In this document: positions 52,165-63,910 of the stretch, one piece after another | How positions within the stretch are numbered: position 1 is the first letter of the stretch | How the letters are laid out: each line of letters opens with the position of its first letter | Source: Squalus acanthias | Taxonomy: Eukaryota | DNA: 64,000 bases | Assembly: GCA_030390025.1 (NCBI GenBank) | Contig: CM059438.1 | Coordinates: forward strand, 65,722,001 to 65,786,000 | Direction: 5' to 3' | Program-made: the position numbers and the translations under genes | Notes under the pieces: generated by a model | Told to the model about the DNA's origin: nothing | Database searches by the model: none | Seen by the model: only the letters and a program-made list of their open reading frames with translations

Positions 52165-52520
52165 AGTTAACATAGGAATTGAACATACAACCATGTTGGA
52201 CAGGAAAAGACCCACTGGTCCAGCTATCCTGTCCAACACAACTGCAATACCTGGTGCATCAACGATGAATACACTACCCACCCCATCCAAAAACCATCTG
52301 ATCTCCTGGGAGAGGCAAAAAAAAAGATAAAAATCCAGGCCAATTAGGGAGGAACTAGTCCAGGAGATCACTTTGGTCCTGATTAATGTCACACAGTATC
52401 TACCTCTTGTACGAGGTGATCTCCACCCCAGCCAGAAATAGGCCCAGCTCTGGAATTTAGCGAATCAGTGTTCACCGCATAAGCCGGCAGACTGTTCCAC
52501 AGGTCCACTATTCTCTGGGA
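52165..52520 (-). mobile_element. Degenerate CR1-like 3' UTR
   Basis: AACATAGGAA...GAAAAGACCCACTGGTCCA...CTGTTCCACAGGTCCACTA. Confidence 0.5.
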
Positions 52521-53019
52521 AACCTTCCTGGTCTGAGTGGCTCAGTTCCAAACTGGGAAGTTAATATTCCAACTCAACCACCAGTTTTAATAGACTAGTT
52601 TGAAAGAATCTTAAATAACTTTTAATATTATAATGTTTGTTCCTGCATTTCTTGATTTTTTTTTTGAAAGGAACATTTTTGTTCAGTCAACCAATGCAAA
52701 TGTCACTCACAAGGCGAATTAGCTTGGAGGAGTCAGTGCACTGACAGCAGGAAGAAACAGAGTTCATATCTGCAGAGGTACAGTTCATAGCCAAGGGGGC
52801 TTCAGTGGTCAGCTTTTATCCCTGTGGAGGGGGAACATCTGAAACAGTCCTGCATTAGATCTGTGGTGATTTTGTGATATTTTATAAAGAACCAACACTT
52901 TCCGATGCAAATCGTTTCACCATCTTGCTACATTTACCACTTTATCTGTGGAAACTCGAGAAGCTGTGATTGTTCTCCTAATTGCAGAGAAGGTTAATGG
53001 GAGTGTGGCTTTGTACTAA

Positions 53020-53523
53020 CGTTTCGTGATCACTGAGATCATTGAAAGGTTTGCGCCACGGCAGCCTGGTCCTCCTGATGACATCCCTGCTTGTGCCCTC
53101 CTGTACAATGTGCAACCAGGCTGTGTTGGTCTCCTGGGGAGGTCTCTTCCACCCATGGGAAGGGAAGAGAACCTCCCTGCGTGCTGTGACTCCCTCCATA
53201 AGCATATGGAGGGACTCATGGGAGAGCCTGGGTGCAGCCCTGTGCCTCTCTGCAGTGATTGTCAGTGTTTGCAGCACCTCAATGCTGTAGAACACTGACA
53301 GCACAAATGTCAAAATCAATTTGCGCATGGTCCCTTTAAGGAAACCGGCTGATGACGTGCCATCAAATGATGTCATCAGACCCGCTTCCTTCAATTGATC
53401 GGGCTTAACAAGCCCAATGAGGGGAAAATCATTTTGGACAACGGGCTGGAGCCGACAGCGAGGCCGGGACCCACCACCGACGTTGCCCGCCACAGACCCG
53501 CCGAGGTTGGTAAAATCCAGCCC
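53020..53523 (-). mobile_element. Harbinger terminal fragment: TIR plus exon 1 of the Myb/SANT-like gene
   Basis: RAAPRLSHESLHMLMEGVTARREVLFPSHGWKRP...AWLHI...RKPFNDL; ends AAAATCCAGCCC at 53523. Confidence 0.85.
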
Positions 53524-53716
53524 CTATTCTCTCTTCCCCCTCTGTCTCTCACATTCCCTCTTTCTCGCTTTTTGCTCTTCCTCTCCCCTTCATTCCCGTG
53601 CCATTCTCTTTTCTCATCTCTCTCATTCTCTCTTTCCACCGTCATTCCCCTTCTTTCCCTTTCTCTCATACCTCACATTTCTCTTATTCCTCTTTTTTTT
53701 CTCATTCCCTGGATAT

Positions 53717-53838
53717 AATCATAGAATCATAGAGTAGTACAGCGCAGAAGGAGGCCATTCGGGCCATCAAGTCTCTGCCAGATCTTTCGAAGTGCAATCC
53801 AGTTAGTCCCATGCCCTCGCTCATTCCCCATATCCCTG
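53717..53838 (-). mobile_element. CR1 3' tip
   Basis: ATCATAGAATCATAGA...ACAGCGCAGAAGGAGGCCATTC. Confidence 0.8.
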
Positions 53839-53841
53839 AAA

Positions 53842-54568
53842 GAGTCCTGTGGCACTGCAGTTGTGAAGACCTGTGACACTCCACTCGTGAAGGAGTCCTG
53901 TGACACTCCACTCGTGAAGGAGTCCTGTGACACTCCACTCGTGAAGGAGTCCTGTGACACTCCACTCGTGAAGGAGTCCTGTGACACTCCGCTCGTGAAG
54001 GAGTCCTGTGACACTCCACTCGTGAAAGAGTCCTGTGACACTCCCCTCACGAAGGAGTCCTGTGACACTCCGCTCGTGAAGGAGTCCTGTGACACTCCCC
54101 TCACGAAGGAGTCCTGTGACACTCTGCTCGTGAAGGAGTCCTGTGACACTCCGCTCGTGAAGGAGTCCTGTGACACTCCGCTCATGAAAGAGTCCTGTGA
54201 CACTCCACTCGTGAAGGAGTCCTGTGACACTCCACTCGTGAAGGAGTCCTGTGACACTCCACTCGTGAAAGAGTCCTGTGACACTCCACTCATGAAAGAG
54301 TCCTGTGACACTCCACTCAAGAAAGAGTCCTGTGACACTCCACTTGTGAAGGAGTCCTGTGACACTCCACTTGTGAAGGAGTCCTGTGACACTCCACTCG
54401 TGAAGGAGTCCTGTGACACTCCACTCGTGAAGGAGTCCTGTGACACTCCACTCGTGAAGGAGTCCTGTGACACTCCACTCGTGAAGGAGTCCTGTGACAC
54501 TCTGCTCGTGAAGGAGTCCTGTGACTCTCCACTCGTGAAGGAACTCTGTGGTAGCCCATTCATGAAGG
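53842..54568. repeat. 27-bp minisatellite (GAGTCCTGTGACACTCCACTCGTGAAG, about 25 copies)
   Basis: Contiguous tandem units without spacers; degenerate at both ends. Confidence 0.97.
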
Positions 54569-54727
54569 AACGTTCCTTTCCCCATCTGTTTATATTACTT
54601 CAAGCAGTGTGATGAACTACTTTACCTCCTATATTACAAAGATGCGGAGATGCCGGTGTTGGACTGGGGTGGACAAAAGTGAGAAGTCGCACAACACCAG
54701 GTTATAGTCCAACAGCTTTATTTGAAA

Positions 54728-54764
54728 TCACAAGCTTTCGGAGCGCTGCTCCTTCGTCAGGTGA
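54728..54764 (-). ncRNA. Minimal hammerhead ribozyme motif (intact)
   Basis: TCAC-CTGACGA-A-GGAGC-AGC-GCTCC-GAAA-GCTT-GTGA on the minus strand. Confidence 0.75.
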
Positions 54765-55010
54765 AGTGAAGAAATACAAATGGGCACAGCATATATAGAC
54801 AGAGAACAATGCCTGTGCAGAGAACAATGCCAGATGACTACAGTTAATCTTTCTAACTGCCCTTTATCACACCTCGGCAGAGAGACAATCACGGATTGCC
54901 GTGATTGTCTCTCTGCCGAGGTGTGATAAAGGGCAGTTAGAAAGATTAACTGTAGTCGTCTGGCATTGTTCTCTGTCTATATATGCTGTGCCCATATGTA
55001 TTTATTCACT

Positions 55011-55047
55011 TCACCTGACGAAGGAGCAGAGCTCCGAAAGCTTGTGA
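55011..55047 (+). ncRNA. Minimal hammerhead ribozyme motif (intact)
   Basis: TCAC-CTGACGA-A-GGAGC-AGA-GCTCC-GAAA-GCTT-GTGA. Confidence 0.75.
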
Positions 55048-55235
55048 TTTCAAATAAAGCTGTTGGACTATAACCTGGTGTTGTGCGACTTCTCACTTAT
55101 ATTACAAAGAGTGTACGTAGAGATAGAATGGATCCATGTAACACTCGGATGGCTTCGTTTTGAAAAATATTGGCTAATGCATGCATTTAGTTTTTGGTCA
55201 TGCTTCGTGTTGATTGATTAATTAATTGAAGTATA

Positions 55236-57085
55236 ACAACAACAACTTGCATTTATATAGCGCCTTTAACGTAGTAAAACATCCCAAGGCACTTCACAGG
55301 TGCGTTAAGAAGAAGATCAAACAAAATTTGGCATCGAGCCATATAAGGAGATATTAGGACAGATGACCAAAAACTTGGTCAAAGAGGTATGTTTTAAGGA
55401 GTGCCTTAAAGGTGGAGAGAGAGAGGTGGAGAGGCGGAGAGGCTTAGGGAGGGAATTACAGAGCTTAGGGCCAATGCAGTTGAAAGCACGACCGCCGATG
55501 GTGGAGCAATTAAAATAGAGGCCAGAATTGGAGGAGCACAGAGATCTCAGAAGGTTGTAGGGCTAGAGGAGGTTACAGAGATAGGGAGGGGTGAGGCCAT
55601 GGAGGGATTTGAAAACAAGGATAACAATTTTAAAATTGAAGCATTGCTGGACCGGGAACAACATAGGTCAGCGAGCACAGGGGTGATGGGTGAACGGGAC
55701 TTGGTGCTAGTTAGGATACGGGCAGCAGAGTTTTGGATGAGCTCAAGTTTATGGAGGGTGAAAGATGGGGGGCCGGCCAGGAAAGCATTGGAATAGTCAA
55801 GCCTAGAGGTAACAAAGGTTTCAGCAGCAGATGAGCTGAGGCAGGGGCGGAGTCGGGTGATGTTACAGAGGTGGAAATAGTCGGTTTTAGTGATGGCGCA
55901 GATATGTGGTCGGAAGTTAATCTTGAAGTATAATACGAAACCAAGGTTGTGAACGTTCTGGTTCAGCCTTAGATAGCTATCATGGAGAGAGATGGTGTTG
56001 GTGGCTAGGGAATGGAGTTTGTGGCGGGGATCAAAGACAATGGGCTGGATTTTCATTGACCCGTGGAGTCGGGTTTGGAGGCGGGGGGGGGATTAAAGTT
56101 GCAGATTCGGGGGTCCTGACCCCATCCCGCCTCCAACCCACCTCCATGCCAGTTTCGCTGGCGGCGGGTACCCGACCTGTGCTGGGACCCGAGGCGGGAA
56201 GGGATTAGTGACAATTAACTGCCTGTTAACAGGTAGTTAACAGGCAGTTTTTTGCCTAATCCCTATTTTAATCGCTGAAATGTGGGCTTCCCGACAGGTG
56301 CCAACCATGCCAAGTTATCGGGGCGGACTGTGGGTCTACAGGGGTTGGAGGGGTCGATATGTCCAGTGGGCAGGTGAGTGATGGGTGCATGTGTGCAGAG
56401 GTAAGTGTGTAAGGTAAGTGCTAAGTGTTGGAAAAAGTTTTACTTACCTTAACTTCCTCCTGCAGGTGTCAGCCCTTCAGTTCTCGGGAGTCAGAAATCT
56501 CACCGGCACAGAAAGCAGAAAAGCCGTGGTGCTGTCAAAAACTACAGCCTTCTGCTTTCTGTGCTGGAATGATTTCTAACTCAGCCTGAGAGGAAGGACT
56601 CAAGTTAGAAATCATATTGTCAGTGTTTGACAGCTTCACAGAGCTGTCAAACGCTGATATTTCATCTGTCAAAAGCTCTTGACAGATGAAATGTCAATCT
56701 GTGACGTCACCTGTTGCCGGGTGGCCCTTAATTGGCCTGCTGAGCCCACTGGGCGGGCTCAACAAGGTCAATCAAGGGAAAATACAGTGGGTTGGCCACA
56801 TCTCGATGGAGGCGGGTCTACAAGCCAAAAAGTGGGATTCACGACATCAACCCGACCCCAGTATCAAAATCCAGCCCAATGGCTTCGGTCTTCCCAATAC
56901 TTCGTTGGAGGAAATTTCTGCTCATCAAGTCGGAAAAGCAGTGTAAAAAATCAGAGACAGTGGAGGGGTTGAGAGAGGTGGTGGTGATGTAGAGCTGGGT
57001 GTCGTCAGCGTGCATGTGGAACCTGACATTGTGTTTTCAAATGATGTTACCGAGGGGTGGCATGCAGATGAGAAATAGGAGGTGA
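55236..57085 (-). mobile_element. L2 LINE 3' portion, interrupted by a MITE
   Basis: HICAITKTDYFHLCNITRLRP, FVTSRLDYSNAFL, KLELIQNSAARILT; (TTG)n tail; resumes at 56878. Confidence 0.92.
56042..56877. mobile_element. Harbinger-type MITE with splice-site/hairpin cassette
   Basis: TIR GGGCTGGATTTT / AAAATCCAGCCC; TSD AAT at 56039-56041 and 56878-56880. Confidence 0.92.
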
Positions 57086-58879
57086 GACTGACCTAAAATG
57101 ATGCAGATTTTAACAGGGGCTTTTCCTATTGCTTTTTCATTAGACCTGCCGAATGCTATGTCTTTGATCTGTGTTTATCTTTGAGGTGTAGAGTTTGAGG
57201 GAATTATTTCAAATGAATGTTGAAACTAATTAATCAAAATTAATTTCAATTTTCAATATCAAAGTGTCTACAGACATCTAGATTAAATATGTAATTGTGA
57301 AATTAAAATTTCAGTATATTGATGTTTAACACAACGTTAATATTTCAGAAGTGTATGAATCATTCAAGTAACACACCTGTTTGATTTAGAATTTGAATTT
57401 TGTCAGCCTTCAGATGTCCAAATTAAGACTTTGAAGAATTCGTTTCTGATGTGATACAGCATCAGTGTTGTTTTTTTTTAATATTCGATCTGAAAGATAC
57501 TTACTTCAAACACGTAACGGGAATGTTATTGTTCAATCAAATATTTAAATTCATAAATTCTTGAGCCTTTCTGATGAGATGTCTTTAGAAGTAGTTGCAG
57601 CATCTGACCGAAAGGACAGTCTAGAGGTGGGACCCTCCTTCAGAGCTGCATTTTCTGTTTTAACTTAGATTTCCAATATTTATAATTTTCCCGAGGACCA
57701 TTTATTTTGTACCCTTGCTTATAAACACACCTCCATCCTGAGCCCAAGTCTACTGAGACAAATTATACTGCCAGCCCAGCTGAGATGAGGCAGGTCAGCG
57801 CAGACCAGAGATCGAACAAGAGATCTTCCTTCCTCTGTGTGACTAATTTCTGTGTTGCTCACGGAACGTCGGATTGCCATTTTGAGCCAATTGCAGCTAT
57901 TTTGGGCTAGAAGAGACTGCAGAAAGACATTTGTTTCTTAAATGTGAGTCTGCTCGAGATATTGTAATGTACTGTGCTACTTTTTTTTTGTTTGGTTTCT
58001 CCTGAATTGATATAACTCAGCCCACGCCTAGATATGAGGCGAAGGATCGGAGAAGTCATCCATTACAGCGTGCACATTACTCATATTTATTGATTTCTAA
58101 CACATTGTAATTAAGACTGTATTCTGGCTAGGTCAAAAAATAGAAAACAATCAATCAGCAGTGCTCTTTATTCTGCAGGAAATTCATGTCTAACAAGGTC
58201 TCTTTCAAAAAAATGTTTAATTCCCAAACCAGATTCAATTGCAACCGTCTCAGGATCAATAACTGCCTGAGAATTGACAGTCCACTCAACTGGAGATGTT
58301 TTTGTAAGCACGGGTATAAAACAAGTGGTCCTCAGACAAGTATGAGTGACTTCGCTTGAGTAGGTGAAGCAGATGTGGATGCATAATATGAGCAGTGCTT
58401 CATTGCTCGAACAACTGATTTGTTGCGGTAAGTCGTTGGTTATCGCTCAAGTCTGCTCGGAACCCACCGTCATCGCCACCTCTGGGACCTTTCGTGCAAA
58501 ATGACGGAATTCAGCCAGCAGATCTGGCTAAACGCGGTGGCCTAGCAGTTCAGTCGTGAGGTCAGCATGTGGCGGGCGAAGCGCTGGGGCGGTCCAAAAT
58601 GGAAAACAGGTCCTGCATGAAACGCAGGAACCCATATCTGCATACCTTATTTTTAACTTTGAATGCTTACCAAAACACCTTTCAGCTTTCAAATTGATGA
58701 GCAGACACCAGATATAGAAAATAAATAAAAATACGAAATAAATAATGCCATTACGGGGGAAAAAAATGTTGGTGCCATTTTAAGGATTAAGCAGATTTCA
58801 TCTTGAAGCGGGTGGGCGGAGAGTATTCAAACTCAGTTCAGAAGTGGAGCTCAATTTAAGGGTGATCTTTACTTGTTCA

Positions 58880-59132
58880 TTAGGAACATAGGGAGAGTAG
58901 GGCATTCAGGCCCTCGAGCCTGTTCCGCCATTCAAGTAGATTGTGGCTGCTCTGTATCTTAGCTTCAGCTACCCACCTTGGTTCCATAAACCTTAATACC
59001 CTTGCCTAACAAAAATCTATCAATCTCACTTTTGAAATTTTCAATTGACCTAGCTTCAATAGCTTTTTCGGGAGAGAGTTCCAGACTTCTACCACACTGT
59101 GCGTGAAGAAGTGCTTCCTGACTTCACCCCTG
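58880..59132 (-). mobile_element. CR1 3' end
   Basis: GGAACATAGG...CCCTCGAGCCTGTTCCGCCATTCAA...GAGAGTTCCAGAC. Confidence 0.85.
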
Positions 59133-59437
59133 TGAACACAATAGCAGTCAGTTCAATTTACAAGCTCATAAACACTGCGCAAACCTTCTCTTCATGTTTT
59201 CTTTCCAGTGGTTCAGAAGCCACCTTGAAACTAGTCCTGAGATTCAGCAATGATGAGACGCTTCCGTTGCCTCCATTACCGAGTCAGTCCTACTTCATCA
59301 TTCATGCTTTTGCCAGTCTCTTCTGTTAAGTCCCAATTTCACTTTCTCACTTTTTTATGCTCTGTCCTTCACCTTACCAAACTTGACTTGAATTGGCGTT
59401 TGCCCCATTTGCAAAGATGTCCAAACTGCTTCACCTG

Positions 59438-60055
59438 CGAACATAGAAACAGGAGTAGGCCATTTAGCCCCTCGAGCCTGTTCTGCCATTCAATGAGATC
59501 ATGGGTGATCTGCGACCTAACTCCATATCGTTTGTCCCATATCCCTTAATACCTTTGGTTAACAAAAATCTATCAATCTCAGATTTAAAATTAACAATTG
59601 ATCTAGCATCAATTGCCGTTTGCGGAAGAGAGTTCCAAACTTCTACCGCCCTCTGTGTGTAGGAGTGTTTCCTAACTTCACTGCTGAAAGGCCTGGCTTT
59701 AATTTTTAAACTAAACCCCCAGTCCTAGACTCCCCAACCAGCGGAAATAATTTCTCTCTATCTACCCTATCTGTTCCCCTTAATATCTTGAAAACTTCGA
59801 TCAAATCACCCCTTAACCTTCTAAATTCCAGGGAATACAACCCTAGTTTGTGTAATCTCTCCTCATAATTTAACCCCTGGAACCTACACTGCACTCCCTC
59901 CAAGGCCAATATATCTTTCCAAGGGTGTGGTGCCTAGAACTGCTCAGAGTACTCCAGGTGTGGTCTAACCAGGGCTTTGTATAACTTCTCCCCCCTTGTA
60001 TTCTAGTCCTCCAGATATAAAGGCCAGCATTCCATTAGCCTTATTGATTAAGTTT
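59438..60055 (-). mobile_element. CR1 3' fragment
   Basis: ALEGVQ...YEERLHKLGLYSLEFRRLRGDLIEVFKIL. Confidence 0.9.
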
Positions 60056-60884
60056 TGTTTAAAAAAATTAGGTCAGTGGTGGCATTTTGCTGCTGTCTTT
60101 GTGGTTTCATTGTCTTACTGTGTCATGGTCTTGCTATTTTTGCACAAAGTATCCCAGGGCCGTTAACAGCAAGATTGGCATTGATGACAAAAATATGGAG
60201 CTGCATTTAATCCAAAGGGACATAGCTCAAAATATGTTGCATTTTTAAACCCAAATGAGTGATTGTCACACTGAATGACTGTCACTGTATGGTAAAAGAG
60301 GTCTTCAGTTAATGGCCTGAGTTTTATTGTTCTTCTAAATCATCTTTATTCTACTGTAGTTTAATCTTTTTCAATATTATTCTCATTAGTGCAATTGAGT
60401 GTGCTGTACAAGTCTTGGAATTTGATGACATTATTGACCTGCGACCTGATGTAAGCTTGATACTTGTCCTATTCTCTGATAATATGTCACAGCTTCCCCT
60501 GTGTGCTGACATACTAAAATCTTTTATTTGCTTTGTCCATTCAGTTCGACAGTTCCTGAAGTCCCGCTTCAGTTTGATATCACAAATCAACTACCTGTCA
60601 GCCTCGGATTCTTAATTATTCCCTTCCTTATTTGTGAATCGCCATCTAAACAAGTCAAAGGGCTCATCTGATGTTAGTTAGTTAGTCAGGTGAAGTCTGC
60701 TGTACTTAGTGACACATGAAGTAACCCATTTCATCCACTGCTCACTATCCAGATCAGATTATCTACTCTATCGAAGTATCATCTAGCCTTACAACCAGCA
60801 GATGGTGGTTCACCACTGTTGATGTTCATATTTGCAACTCATCTTGTTTCTGTAACAAAAGGCTTTTTTACATGGCCAGGACAT

Positions 60885-61030
60885 TAACCTAACTCACAAC
60901 CCTCTACCAGGAGGACCGATGGACTGGTCTTTAGTCTGACTTGGAGTGGCCCTACCAGGAGTTATATTCCCACCAGCACAGCTCTCAGGGTCATGGGAGG
61001 ATGCAAGCCTACCTACCATGTCAAGGTGCA
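60885..61030 (-). mobile_element. Possible RTE-type LINE 5' UTR remnant
   Basis: GTGGCCCTACCAGGAG...CCAGCACAGCTCTCAGGGTC...GCAAGCC...CAAGG, recalled from RTE 5' UTRs; degenerate. Confidence 0.4.
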
Positions 61031-61269
61031 GTCTCTGCTGAACAATAAGCCATACAGATCAAAAGATCCAAGGTTCAATTCCTGTCTGTGCTTAGTTAGC
61101 TTATCTTAGCTGAGGCAGTAGTTGGGATGCTACTGTTTGTCCCAGCAACACCAAAAGGGAAAAATCAGCATGGATTCTCACTATGGAGTGACGCCAGCTG
61201 GGAAGTGAGTGTGTTTGTGGACATCGGATGAGTTCAGAATCTGGCTGGGCTGTTATGTTCCCTCTGAGC

Positions 61270-62035
61270 TGAGCTTCTGACCACATATCTGCTCCATCAC
61301 CAGGACCGCCTACTTCCATAACATCGCCCAACTCTGCCCCTGCCTCAGCTCATCGAGAACATAAGGACATAAGAAATAGGAGCAGGAGTAGGCCATACGG
61401 CCCCTCGAGCCTGCTCCACCATTCAATAAGATCATGGCTGATCATCCACCTCAACTCCACTTTCAAGCCCGATCTCCATATCCCTTTGAGTCCCCTAGAG
61501 GGTTGCTGCTGAAACCCTCATCTATGCCTTTGTTACCTCTAGACTTGACTATTCCAACGCACTCCTGGCTGGTCACGCATCTTCCACCCTCCATTAACTT
61601 AAACTCATCCATAACTCTGCTGCCCATATCCTAACTCGCACCAAATCCTGTTTACCCATTACCCCTGTGCAGGCTGACCTACATTGGCTCCCGGTTGAGC
61701 AACAATTCTCATCCCTGTTTTCAAATCCCTCCAAAACTTCACCCTTCCCTATCTCTGTAACCACCTCCAGCCCCACAACCTTCAGAGATATCTGCGCTCC
61801 TCCTATTCTTACCTCTTGCGCATCCCCGATTTTAATCGCTCCACCATTGGCGGCCGTGCCTTCAGCTGCCTAGGCGCTAAGCTTTGGAATTCCCTCCCCA
61901 AACCTCTCTACCTCTCTACCTGTCTTCCCTCCTTTAAGACGCTCCTTAAAGCCTACCTCTCTGCCCTAATATCACCTTATGTGGCTCGGTGTCAAATGTT
62001 GTTTCATAACGCTTCTGTGAAGCTTTGGACATTTT
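61270..62035 (+). mobile_element. L2 3' fragment with nested CR1 3' tip (61356-61500, minus)
   Basis: TIGGRAFSCLGAKLWNSLP; the insert AGAACATAAG...AGGAGCAGGAGTAGGCCAT lies between CAGCTCATC and TGCTGCTGAAACC. Confidence 0.88.
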
Positions 62036-62997
62036 AGTTGTTGGTAAAACAGCCTGCAGATACTCATTGTCCAAGCAGAAACATTAAAAGCAGCCATTTG
62101 AATGAGGTATTAGAGAGCTGCATGGAATCATAGTGGAGCAAGAATTAGTGCCTTCAAGAGAGGAGGTGAGACCAAATTCACAGTTTACAGATGGATCATG
62201 TCCATGCATGTGTTATACAAGATTAATTAAAATTACACAGCTTTGCCTGAATCCAATCATGATCTCAAAGGGCCATTACTAGTAATCAGGCAGGTATAAT
62301 GTAGATTTTTTTTTAAAAGGTGAACTAGCATCTGTAGGATGCTCTGTGAATTCAAGCAATATTTAAATAATAAAATAACACTTGTATTTATATCGCGTCT
62401 TATCACATGAAAAAAAAAATCTCAAGCTGCTTCATAAATTGAGTTAAGTTTGAACTGCAGTGACTGTTATGTCAGCAGCCATTCATTTTCATATGAAGCA
62501 GAACATTTATACTTTATACATCAAAGGGGAAATCAGTTTGGCTTTGAAAAGTTCCATATTGAATAAAATGATTTGTCTGAACAGGTATCATGAGCTACTT
62601 ACATAGACAACAGTTTAATGCTGCATGGCCATCTTGAGCTTGTAACCAGAGTTTAATCATGCATTCAGATGGGATGCTACATTGCCATGCAGTTCAGAAG
62701 GGCCCAGAGAAAGTGGTGCTTTGTAAATCCTTAATACTATTGACATTGCACATTGATTTCTTTTACAAATATAAATTTCTGAAGCAGCACAATGATGGAT
62801 GATAGCTAATTGAGAGCAATTGGTATGAAATGTATGTATGCTGAAGCACTTCGCAACAATGTTTTTTTTTTAAGTGGCTGTTGAAGCGGCCATTTCATTT
62901 AGACATGGGTATACAGGGCCTGTTCCAGGTAAAACCACTGTATTGGTGGCACTCACATGGGCAGACATTGTTAATCAGGAATGGCTCAGTGGATATA

Positions 62998-63353
62998 CAG
63001 GAAACTCTTTCGTATCCGGCACTGACGGGACCGGGATGGTGCCGGTTGATTAAAAATTCCGGATAACGGAGAGGTATATCTACCGAGGCTATTTTTAACA
63101 AACAAAAATTAAAAAAATCAAGAAATGTGCAGTATAATAAGGTACTCCCCTACAGAATGTTGTGTTAAATGGATGGTGGAAGATGCTTGATTAAGTACAG
63201 TACTGTCAGTTGAGGGTAATCCATAACTCTTTAATTACTTAACAGTAAAACAAAACTTATAAACGACTGTATACTGTAGTTTTCGGAGTATGAATTCTGC
63301 CGGTTATTAGAGAATTCTGGATATTTAGGTGCCGTTTAAACAAAAATTTCCTG
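62998..63353. mobile_element. pogo/Tigger-type (Tc1/mariner) MITE
   Basis: TA|CAGGAAACTCTTTCGTATCCGGCAC ... GTGCCGTTTAAACAAAAATTTCCTG|TA, with repeated CCGG(A/T)T motifs. Confidence 0.75.
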
Positions 63354-63609
63354 TAATTGGTTGAACTCTTTGTTTTAATGTGTACTTACCATTAGAATCT
63401 CTCAGCTGGGGAATGCTCATTTTATGTGTTGTTACAGCAATTGGGGCAGCAAGGGATTAAATTACCCTTTTTCAACGTCCTTTGGTATCGGATAAATATT
63501 TTTTTTTCTTATTTGCTTGTCTGTGATCTTTTTTGTCCTAGATGTTGGGGTAATGGCGCATTTTCCATTTCGGGCATCCATTGTCCAAATCAAGCAGTCC
63601 CAGCTCTGA

Positions 63610-63910
63610 TAAAGCACAAACAGATACAGAGTAAAGCTTCTCTACTCTTTCCCAACAATGAGAGTCAAACCCAACCTCAGAAGTACATCTGCTGCTGCAT
63701 CACTGTGATATTTTTCCATTTCCCACACCAGTCATCCTGCGGCCTCTCTAAGTGAGATGGGTTCTTTATGCTAACACCTTCAAGGGACTGGACTGAGCCA
63801 ATACAAACAAATTTACTTCAGGATCCTGACAGCCAACAGACTGAGCAGATGTTCATCCCATTAGTCTGGGCTGGATTTGAAACAAGGTCCCGGTGGTGAA
63901 AGGCTAATGA
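63610..63910 (-). mobile_element. LF-SINE-like element
   Basis: Minus strand reads AGCCTTTCACC...TTCAAATCCAGCCCAGAC...CTCAGTCCAGT, resembling the LF-SINE head and body. Confidence 0.6.

Larger units (their letters stand above)
54643..55097. mobile_element. Palindromic non-coding PLE-type insert
   Basis: 13-bp TSD TATATTACAAAGA at 54630-54642 and 55098-55110; arms 54677-54894 and 54899-55098 around an ATTG loop. Confidence 0.9.

Noticed and set aside
53842..54568. CRISPR-like array or repetitive protein gene (249-278 aa ORFs)
   Set aside because: No unique spacers, no cas genes and a eukaryotic context; frames are open on both strands only because the unit is 27 bp.
58330..58830. Another MITE (CpG-rich with AT-rich centre)
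   Set aside because: No TIR pair or TSD could be read.
60351..60615. Overlapping short ORFs on both strands
   Set aside because: No splice signals or recognisable homology; more likely non-coding.
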